Shown here: positions 50,287-59,872 of the stretch, piece after piece
Position numbering within the stretch: position 1 is the first letter of the stretch
How the letters are laid out: the number at the start of each line of letters is the position of its first letter
Source of the DNA: Octopus bimaculoides
Lineage: Eukaryota
Reading direction: 5' to 3'
NCBI RefSeq assembly: GCF_001194135.2
Contig: NC_068999.1
Location: forward strand, 25,771,877-25,831,748
DNA: 59,872 nucleotides
Notes under the pieces: generated by a model
Told to the model about the DNA's origin: nothing
The model's database searches: none
Seen by the model: only the letters and a program-made list of their open reading frames with translations
Program-made: the position numbers and the translations under genes

Positions 50287-51433
50287 CAAGAGGGTACCCA
50301 AAAGAAACCAAAATTTTGCAATATTATTTTATTCACTTAGTTTTACATGTTTACACTTTTATTGCCTTCAAAGTATGCTCCATTTGAAGCAGTGATGGAC
50401 TTCTTTCATTCGGGGGAACAAAAAATGTCACAGGGAGAGAGATTGGATGAACAGAGAGGGTGAGTAAGCTGGGTCATGCCCTTTTTAATCAAAAACTGTC
50501 TCACACTCAAGGCAGTGTGTGCAGGCATACTGTCAAGATGAAACCACTACTCTCCACTTTGCCACAAGTCGGGACGTTTTCATCTCATCGCGTCTCACAA
50601 ATGCTTCAGAACTGCCAAATAAAATGTCTGGTTAACAGTTTGATCAGGAGGAACAAATTCTGTGTACACAATTCCTTTTGAATCAATGAAACAAATCATC
50701 ATCATCTTGACATAGGACTTCACTTGACATGCCGTTTTGGGACGTGGTGACATTGAATGCTTCTCTTGACTTGACTGCTAATTTGTTTCTGGGTTGTAGC
50801 CTTTGGTCACCAATGATGACCTTTGAATAAAGATCCAGATCAACTTCCAACTGTTCTTTCAGTTCGCAACACATGTTGTAACTGCTTTTGATCTTCCTTG
50901 AGCAAGTGAGATACAAATTTTGCTGCAACTCTATTCATTCACAATTCCTCACTCAGAATTCATTGACAGGAGCTCCGGGACACACCACACCAGTCATATC
51001 AACAAGTTCAATTGTTTGGTGATGGTCTGCCAAGATCAATTCGTGAATTTTTATGGTGTTTTCATTTGTTCAGGAGGTCGATGGTGACGCTGAATGAGGT
51101 TGGTCTTCAAGTGACAGGTGACCATTCCTAAAGCATGAAATAAACACTTGCAAACTTATGTTTTGCTCATGGCAGCAGCCTTGTAAGCTGTTTGAAGCAT
51201 GACAACTCTTTCGGCTGCTGTTTCTTCATTTCAACCATTGCAAAAATCGATAAGCAGGGGAGATGCACTGCAAAACGAAGATACACCATGTGGTAGCACA
51301 ACTTTACTGGACGATGCCAGTTGCCAGGCTGATGCCTGAGGGTTGCATTAAGTGGCTTCTAGCGGCAGAAGCCTGAACTACAATGGGCTTGTCTCACAGA
51401 GAACATTTCCGGTTACTTTGGGGTACCCCCTCG
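50287..51433 (-). mobile_element. Mariner (DD34D-type) element, decayed
   Basis: TIRs caagagggtacccaaaagaaacc / ggttactttggggtaccccctcg, TA on both flanks, and CELKEQLEVDLDLYSKVIIGD remnant. Confidence 0.85.
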
Positions 51434-52361
51434 TATTTAGGTTTATTTACACTTCTACCTGAAATTGTAAAATGCGAAAAGAAATATTGTTGGCATGGTT
51501 AGAACTTGTAATAAAAGTTTTAGCTACTGAGATGTTTATTTCTTGTATATGTTACTTGTAGAAATTATGTAGTTATTTGCATGTTAGAATATTGTGAGGA
51601 TGATATTGTTTTAATTTTTTTTTTTTTTTTCAGATCTTAATTTATATATTCTCTGCATTGGGCATTTATTTGTAGGATGTTTACTGTCTAATTGTGTCTA
51701 CTGGCTTTTAGACTACATTCTTGCATATTTATACATCATAGCTGAATAAAATTTATCATCTCTCTCTCTCTCTCCATACTAGGTGTAAGTATCCATGCAG
51801 ATTTCTCTGCATGAACCTGCTCCTCCCCCATCTCATAGTGATCCCTTCGTTCCTTACCATGAAACTGCCCCCTCCACCTACCTCAGGGCTCATAGTTCTG
51901 TTGCAAACTACATGGCTATCTCAATCAGGTGGCATGAAAAATGCACCAAGTCCATGCTGTAAAGTGGTTGGCATTAGGAATGGCATCCAACTATAAAATC
52001 TATGCCAAAGCACATATTGGAGCCCAATGCAGTCTTCAGACACATCAGTTCCTGTCAGATTGTCCAACCCATGCCAGCATGGAATATGGATGTTAAATAA
52101 TGACGATAATGATGGTAAATAAAACATTGTATCATGGGCTGTTTCAAAAAATGGCAGAAATCTTGACAATGGAACAATCAAGATTTATAACAAGTTAGTG
52201 ACTCAAAAATATCATGTTAGATCAGGGACTATGATTACCTTAGTTTATGCTTTGTAAAGGTCATTCTAATTTGTTTTTATCTTTGAATGAAATGTCTATA
52301 AAAATTAGAATAAATTTAAGTGTTCATTCCAGCACAGTGATGAAACTTAGCAACAAAAGAA

Positions 52362-52551
52362 TCAAATTCTATATCTAAGAGAGGAGGAATTATGTACATT
52401 ATTTACATTTGACGGATATTTGTCCTCATCTTGTTTGTTGTTAACACGTTTCGACTGATATACCCTCCAGCCTTCATTACGGGCCTATGGCAAAGTGGTT
52501 AACAGCACGGGGTACTAGCCTCAAGATTCCAAGTTCAATTCCAGGCAGTAA

Positions 52552-52589
<38 letters not shown>

Positions 52590-52718
52590 TCGAAAAATAC
52601 CTTGGGGATGAGAACCCAGGTTCAAAATTTCCCCAAGACACCTGATGAAGGCCGGAGGGTATATCAGCTGAAATGTGTTAACAACAAACAAGATGAGGAC
52701 AAATATCCATCAAATGTA
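52362..52718 (+). mobile_element. Family A SINE with upstream inverted tail fragment
   Basis: Inverted arm 52362-52477, head 52481-52555, (AAT)n, and a tail with GACAC-CTGATGA...GAAA at 52637-52679. Confidence 0.78.
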
Positions 52719-53057
52719 AAGAAAAGAATCAAGATCGGTAATATTCTACTTGCAAGTCAAAATTTAACATCTACTGGCTGTACTCAAATGGCTTAAATAT
52801 CTGCTGAGTAAGTTTCTATTAATAAACATTAAAGTAAACAACTTTTAATCTGGAGTTAACACTTAACTTTCAGCTGCAATATTGTTACTTGAAGTAATTT
52901 GAAATTTCTGCAGACATTGTATTAAGAGAAACAAACAAAAAGTAATTAAGAAAAAAAACTCCTCGAGTCTTTCATTGACTGATTTCCTCTCTCTATATAG
53001 CAAAATAGAAAAACTCTACATCTAACAACAGAACTGCTCAATCATACTACCAAACAG

Positions 53058-53109
53058 GATGGTACACAGAATTTGCCTATGAAAAGAAATGTACTACAAC
53101 TGCCAAGTG
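53058..53109 (+). CDS. Candidate 52-nt exon DGTQNLPMKRNVLQLPS of the CDC20-like gene
   Basis: caaacag| acceptor and |gtttgt donor; phase 0 to 1 bridges MPK to the 54690 exon. The polypyrimidine tract is weak. Confidence 0.25.
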
Positions 53110-54689
53110 GTTTGTACTCATTTTGTGAATTGTACATCAGAGTTTTTTTCATTTTACTATTGAAAAGTATTGTATCTTCCATGAAATATTTATTCCTCAT
53201 TATTCATCTCCTTTATACATAGATTGAACAAGCCTTGTAGGTGCATCTCTCCATTCTTTTTTTGTTTTTATCTTTGAATGACTAATTAAGTGAACTGATG
53301 ATCCTCTTCAGATTTTCTATTTACTGATTTACTAGTTGTTTTCCAGCTAATATAATGTCTTCTAGTCTCATTTCATTTCTATATCTTTTACAAACGTAAA
53401 CCATTTATTATTCCATGATTATTTTCCAATTTATGTAGAATTCTCCAACATTGACTGGTTGGTAATTCACTGATAGTACCTTTTTCGTTTTCTGATAGAA
53501 TGTGAACTTTCTTTTTGCTCTAGATTATGAACTCTACAATCTGGAAGAGTTCACCAAAATGGTTCAATAAAATAGAGTTTTGAGGAAATTACTAGATGTT
53601 ACTGTATAGTCAGGAATGTGGCATGAAAAATACAACAATCTAATAACAAATAATGATTAACTGTTGATAAAACCACATCTCTCATCCAGCAGATCATACT
53701 CATTTCCTTCTCTTTTTAGTTAATGATTGTCCTTTGCTTTCTTGCACTGATTCACTTTGTATTTTTGATACATGGAAATAAAATTTCCTTTTCACTACTT
53801 ATTCTCTGTTAATGATTCTGCTCTTAGCATTAATTAAATTACCTACATAAGTTTGTTTACTATTAATTAGTATAAAGGATGTATTTGTTATTAGGTATTT
53901 ATCTCATTTGTTCATCTGTCAGTTCAGTTCACTGATTTTTGACAGCTAAGACAGAATAAAACCAGCCTTATATTCTTTTGATAAATAATGGTTTCTATGA
54001 GACTAAGCAGATCTAGGATCTATCTCTAAATTTCCAGTGGGCACTATTGCCTCCTTAATTTGTATGTAAAAGTTATCACATTACATTTTAACATGATGAT
54101 GATAGTATATGTGGGTTCATAATTTTCAAAATCTGAGTATTGAAACTTTGTGCTGAATACCATCTTATTTTTGAGGCTAGAATAACGATATTGATCAAAT
54201 CAGTTTTATAAGAAGTGTTTGTTTTCTGGAGCATTTATTATCTATCATTTTGAGTTGCAAAATTTTGTTTCAAATACAATTCTAGTCAGTCTTCTATTTA
54301 TATCAGAGAGCAATTAATAAAACAATATTCCTAAAACAATTTTACTTTGCATCCTTTTGGATTTTGGAGAATTGTTTCTATTCTTTCTATGACCTTTTCT
54401 GGCTTTTCTGTCTCTCATTCTTCAGAAAATTATCAACACAATTTTTTGAGAGCATTTACTAAATCCTTTGCCTCTATCTTGCAAGATATTATTTTGGTAT
54501 CAGATGACTGGTTACAGCTGATTCTTCTTGGAGTAATGCATTATTCTTTTACTCATTTCAGCCAAGCGGCTGCAGTCATTCTTTTATTTTATTTTGAATT
54601 ATTTTCATTTGATTTTTTTAAAGTCCATTTAACAATTATTTTAGAATATGGAAATTTACAGTCAGTTCTTAAATCCTATTTTATTTTAG

Positions 54690-54855
54690 CTTGTTCTTGG
54701 AATTGTTCACCAAAAAGTCCTCATGAGTTTGTTTTCCAGTCACCCTCTCCTAGTTCTCTTCAAGGCCGATCTCCCCAACAGATCTCTTGTAATTCAACCC
54801 CTCGGCTGAAGTACAGCTGTACAAAGTCACCAAGCACACCTCTTGATGGTGACAG
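54690..54855 (+). CDS. CDC20: CDC20/fizzy-like N-terminal exon, SP/TP-rich, ending in ...STPLDGD-R (first half of C-box)
   Basis: ttattttag| acceptor and GAC AG|gtaagc donor. The phase-2 end joins the next exon to give GDRFIPQRS. An alternative phase-0 acceptor (ttttccag|) exists at 54740. Confidence 0.75.
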
Positions 54856-55851
54856 GTAAGCTTTTATTTTCAAATACATATACCATTCTTAAATGGCCCA
54901 AGAGTGAGTGATCAACACAAGCTAAAAGAGAAGCAAGGCTGGAGGTAGCTAAGGAGATGGAAAGTGATTTTTTTCAACAGGTCACTAATATGTCATTATA
55001 GCTACTTAAGTCTACTAATTTGATGGTTAAAAATTGATAACCCACTTTGGTGTAGTTTTCTTAACAACTATACATTTTACAGCAGGTACACATTCAAATC
55101 ACACAACAAATGTTATAGCTTTTTTCTGTCTTCAATATTATAAATATTTATGTATAATACTACACTTTGAATACTGTGTGTGTCATTTCAGTTATTTAAT
55201 TTAGGCATTCAAAAGTCAATGTTACAACTTTCTTCTGTTTTCTGTATTAGATTATGTAATGTGAATGGCAAAAATTTTACAACATCATTTAACCTTTTAG
55301 AGTGAATGGTATGAAGACAGTTAAATGAGACTACTGGAGTAATTTAGTTCTTGATTTATGAGTGATGATGAGGATTATGAAAGACTGAGAGCCTTAGAAA
55401 GGATACAAGGTTTGTCAGTGAAGTGAATTATTTTCTTTCATATATTTATATTTATCTATCCATCCCTCCCTCCCACATAAATTCCATTTAATCATAGTTA
55501 TTCTAATCTCTATTTTATTTTGATACCAATTTTTAATATTTTAAAAAAAATTTTCTTTTAGCAATCAAATAAAGAAATTGTATAGAAAGATTTGCATTAA
55601 TGCAGATCTGTCCACTCCTTGCCAGTTTATTGAACATTAAACCAATAACCATGATAAAATGTATAATTTGTTCCAATATATTTCACTAGGATTTGTTAAT
55701 TATCATTAGGATATTAGCATAAATTTTTCAATACAATTATGTTACATCAGCATGCCTACCAAATGGTACCTAGTGCATGCTTCCCTGTATTTGGTGTTTT
55801 TGAACAAAACTTATATAATATGTTAGTCTTTAACTACACTTTATTTGGCAG

Positions 55852-56033
55852 ATTTATACCACAGCGTTCCTCTACAGATACTGACCTTGCCCATTATATG
55901 ATCGTCAAGAATGAAAATCTCCAAGGTGAATTCAAGGCAAATTATAATGAACAACTAAATACAGTTTTACTAAATGGGAAAAATCCAACCAGTGATAAAG
56001 TTTTATCATTCACTTGTAAAAAGCTAAAATTTG
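55852..56033 (+). CDS. CDC20: CDC20/fizzy-like exon: (R)FIPQRSSTDTDLAHYMIVKNE...DKVLSFTCKKLKF
   Basis: ttatttggcag| acceptor and |gtaagt donor. It has the C-box DRFIPxR, the Cdc20-type segment DLAHYM (cf. ELAHFL in fizzy, DYAHYM in plant CDC20) and KVLSF at the KILR-motif position. Confidence 0.82.
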
Positions 56034-56273
56034 GTAAGTTTTATAACCACTTATTCAGTGAGCCACATATAATGCTTGGAGCTCTTGCATTTGTCTGTAA
56101 CATGTCAGACAAAATGCTTAGTTAAAATTCTGTTGAGGTCAACCTTGCCTTTCATCCCTCTAGGGTTGATAAAATAAAGTAGAGTCAAGTACTGAAATGA
56201 TGTTATCATCTTACCCACTTCCTTCAAAATTGTTCTATACGTGTATATGTGTGTGTATATATATAAAATTTTA

Positions 56274-56888
56274 TTTATATAAGGGCATTACTATACAATA
56301 ATGCCTCACGCTTAGAGGGACTCCATAAGTCAAAACTACCAAAATAAGCACATTTTTACCGATTGCGAGGGAATGCAACTTTCAAAGCTAACCTCCTAAA
56401 AACTTTTAACTTAACGGTAAACCAATGGTTTCATAATTAATGCAGTAAACTGCATCTTTTATTCATCAGTACACGTATGGTCATGACACATAAAAATAAA
56501 CAAAAATCAACATACTCTGATGTATTCAACGTGCTTATTTTGGTAGTTTTAAATTACGGAGTCCCTCTAAGCGTGAGGCATTATTGTATAGTAATGCCCT
56601 TATATAAATTAAATTATATATATTTATGGAAAAAAGTGATGGGTTTTTTTTTTTCCTTATGAGGTTTTTTCACGCTAACTACTTGATAAATTCTTATAAA
56701 GTTTTTATCCTAATATTATATTATGAATAATTAGAATATATTCAGTGCTGAATATTATTCCGTAAAAGCACATGTACCAAAGTGTAACTTAAAAAGCCCG
56801 CCTCTTTCATGGATATATAAGGATGAACAATCGTCTATGTACTGTGTTGAATACATCAGGGTATGTTGATTTTTGTTTATTTTTATGT
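56274..56888. mobile_element. Inverted-repeat structure carrying the family C hammerhead (PLE terminus-like)
   Basis: 56274-56351 is inverted at 56531-56608, and 56488-56530 is inverted at 56846-56888; TA-rich flanks. Confidence 0.6.
56415..56475 (-). ncRNA. Type I hammerhead ribozyme motif (family C)
   Basis: CGUGUA-CUGAUGA-AUAA AAG AUGCAG UUUA CUGCAU UAA UUAU-GAAA-CCAUUGGU-U-UACCG. All core nucleotides are present. Confidence 0.75.
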
Positions 56889-57995
56889 ATCCTTTATGAG
56901 TTTTGGGTTGCGGAATGCTACCAGTACGTTCCAGCGTTTCATTGACGAAGTTGTCCACAGACTTGATTTTGTGTTTGCTTACATTGATGACATACTCATT
57001 GCAAGTGACACATGTGAGAATCATCTGCGGTACTTGTCTCAGCTTTTTCAGCGTCTTCGCTCTTATGGTGTGCGTATTAATCCTGACAAGTGTGTTTTGG
57101 GGCAATCTTCCCTTGAATTTCTGGGACATCATATTGACTCAAGTGGCATCAAACCTCTCTTGTCCAAAGTTGATGCAATTCAACACATTGCACCTCCTTT
57201 TTTGCTTCAGTTGTGCCATTTTCTAGGTATGGTGAATTTCTATAGACATTTTATACCCAGATATGTGGACAAACTAATTCCTTTGACCCAGCTACTAAAG
57301 AACACTTCTAGAAAGGACGGTCAAATCACCCTCTCAGCTGAGACGTTATCTGCTTTTGAGTCAATCAAGAAGGGAATCGCTTCTGTCCCTTTGCTTGCAC
57401 ATCCATTTCCTTGCTTCTCTCTCTTTAACTGTGGATGCATCAGACACTGCAATTGGCACTGTGCTGCAGCACACAGTGGACGATCGAACTCGACCTCTGG
57501 CTTTCTTTTCTTGCCAATTACAACCAGCTGAGTGGCGATACAGCACCTTTTATCGTGAGCTCTTAGCGATCTGTCTGTTGGTTTGTCATTTCCAGCATCA
57601 GCTCGAAGGTCGAGATTTTGTAATCTATACTGATCACAAGCCTCTTACATTTGCCCTGTTGTCTAAGATGGACAAACTCTTGCCTCGTGCTTTCTGTCCC
57701 TTGGATTTTATTTCACAGTTTACCAGTGACATTCGACATATACCTGGGAAAGAGAATGTTCCTGCTGGCACTCTTTCTCGTGTTCCAGTCTGTTCTCTTT
57801 CATCTCCTGCTGCAATCGATTTCATTGCCATTTCGCAGGACCAACCAGCTTTGGCAAAGTTAGATTTAACTTTGCCCCAGTTCTCCTGTTGCCAATTTGC
57901 CTATTTTTCGCTTCTGTCGGCTGAAGGCACTATTCATTGTGATACTTCTATTGGTTCTCCCAGGTCACTCGTGCCTGAGAATCACCAACGCTCAG
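56889..57995 (+). mobile_element. Ty3/Gypsy RT-RNase H fragment
   Basis: MSFGLRNA..TFQRFIDEV..FAYIDDILIAS, TVDASDTAIG, RELLAI..YTDHKPL. Confidence 0.9.
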
Positions 57996-57999
57996 AGTA

Positions 58000-58560
58000 T
58001 TAAGGTTACGATAGACTACCCTACTAAACACCCTAACCATAGATTACCTGTACTAGATACTGAACTCTGGCTAGAAACTGAGAATAATAAAACCCAAACC
58101 CTTCATTCACACTATGCCAAACCTATGGCCTCCAAATACCTGATCCACCGGAACTCAGCTATTGCGGACAATGCCAAATTCAATATATTGATGGCAGACC
58201 TCATCAGAGTAATGCGAAATGTGTCCTGCATGTGCAACCTTACAGAGTTAAAGAGACATATACAGCATTTCATTCACCGCATGCAGTTCTCAGGTTACAG
58301 CCATAAAGAAAGGATCAGAGTATACAAAGGAGCTATGAAGAAATTTGAAACCATCAACTCCCCATACACACACATGCACTTACAAAACATAAACACACAT
58401 AGAGGGATACGCATGCATAGACACATACAATAGGAATACAAAATACAAAATGGCTGATCGTTAGCAAGGAGGGACACACATAAGAAAGAAGAAAGCAAAG
58501 GACCACTGATGAGGTCACAGAAGTGTGACAAAAGAACTCTTTCCGAAATAGGATGAATGT
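58000..58560 (+). mobile_element. Penelope-like element RT thumb fragment plus 3' region with hammerhead relic
   Basis: LPVLDTELW...HYAKPMASKYLIHRNSA...HRMQFSGYS resembles the PLE LPFLD/YRKP thumb region. CTGATGA plus a GTCAC/GTGAC hairpin lies at 58506-58529. Confidence 0.65.
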
Positions 58561-58760
58561 AATGTAATGTAATATAAAGCTGAAGCAAATTAACACCAAA
58601 TATACAGTGCGTGTGTTTTTATTGGCTAAACTGGCAATATGACCATCCTCAAGTACAACAACATATATATATGTACACATATATATATATATCATGTATA
58701 GATACAACTATATGTGTGTGCGTATATGTGTATATGTCTATATTTACATATATTGCATAG

Positions 58761-58806
<46 letters not shown>

Positions 58807-58816
58807 NNNNNNNNNN

Positions 58817-59872
58817 TGATGCAAATGACCTTATGGTCTGCAATACTAACTTCAGGAAACCTGCCAGTCACCTAGTCACCTACCGTTCTAGCAGGCACAC
58901 TAGCCAAATTGACTACATCCTCGCCAGGAAAAGGGAAAGATGGCTGCTTATAAATGCCAAAACATTCCCAGGCGAAGAATGTGCCCCACAACATAGACTA
59001 GTAGTTAGTGACTTCAGGATCAAGGCTAAGTAGCTGCCCAGAAGACGACCAGCTTAGAGGAGAAGGGCCTGGAAGCTCAAAGATCCTGCAAATGGACAGA
59101 GATTTAGAGACTTATTACTCGAAGCCTTCGACGAAATAGAGGGGGATGTAGCTTCACACAATGTAGCTGACAACTGGACGTTTCTACGGGACAACCTGCT
59201 GAGGGCCACCGACCAGATCTGTGGTTGGTGCAAGGTCCCTTCTTGACCGAAAATAACATGGTGGTGGAACAATGTTGTTGACAGGGCTATTAGAAAAAAG
59301 AAACAAGCTTGGAAAGACTGGAAAAACGGTGGTAGCAGGGAACTGTATCAGACTGCCAGAAGGGAAGCTAGGCGACAGGTTTATTTAGCCAGAGGGGAAG
59401 CAGATAAGGAAAAGGTTTGCTAATGTTCAGCATCGTGAGGACCAAAGACTCGAGGTATTTCATGTTGCAAGACAGTGTGTGAGAGAGAATCGTGATGTCA
59501 TGGGAGAGAAATGTGTTCTCATGGATGATGGTATGCTTGCACTAAATGAGGCTGCAAAGAAAGTGGTTTGGAGATGCCACTACGAAAGATTGCTCAATAA
59601 AGAGAATGAATGGGAGAAAGAGAGTCTGCCAAATGTCGACCCAACAGAGGGACCAGCTATCCGAGTTGACAATACCATGGTAGATAAAGCAATTAAGAGT
59701 ATGAAGATAGGGAAGGCCCCTGGCCCATCAGGAATCACTGCAGAGATGCTCAAAATATCTGGCAGTGTCGGCTATAGCCTTGTCACCCGTATTGTTAACC
59801 AGGTGATACACGAAGGAGTCATACCCAATGACTGGTGTAGCAGCACCATAGTAAACTGCTACAAAGGTAAAG
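58817..59872 (+). mobile_element. RTE-clade LINE (endonuclease end to RT start), runs off the window
   Basis: SQIDYIL..PQHRLVVSDF, WWWNNVVDRAI, KAPGPSGITAEMLK; contains in-frame stops. Confidence 0.9.

Noticed and set aside
51610-51720. Strong poly-T acceptor (t)n-cag at about 51633 as a CDC20-like exon
   Set aside because: No open, phase-compatible frame with a good donor was found; it could still be a UTR exon.

Overview
AT-rich, repeat-dense metazoan genomic DNA with three N gaps. The SINE, RTE and MITE types look like Octopus/coleoid repeats; this is my recognition, not verified. Two spliced host genes lie head-to-head. On the minus strand is a cohesin SA/STAG gene: 7 coding exons from 29227 down to 11843 with a consistent GT-AG phase chain, continuing beyond the left end or into a gap. 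On the plus strand is a CDC20/fizzy-like APC/C activator: its C-box GDR|FIPQR is split over exons 54690-54855 and 55852-56033, and no WD40 exons were found in the window. A CpG-richer interval with E2F-like motifs (about 33.3-34.9 kb) lies between the two 5' ends. Introns are filled with decayed Ty3/Gypsy, RTE, CR1-like, hAT, Merlin, mariner/maT, piggyBac, Tigger-like and SINE elements. The most unusual signal is three unrelated repeat families that each carry minimal type I hammerhead ribozyme folds, two of them in outward-facing inverted arms, as expected for Penelope-like element (PLE) ends. One family is a tRNA-headed SINE with a hammerhead tail. A PLE reverse-transcriptase relic is also present. 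No CRISPR array, rRNA or intact tRNA gene was found. All folds were done by eye.
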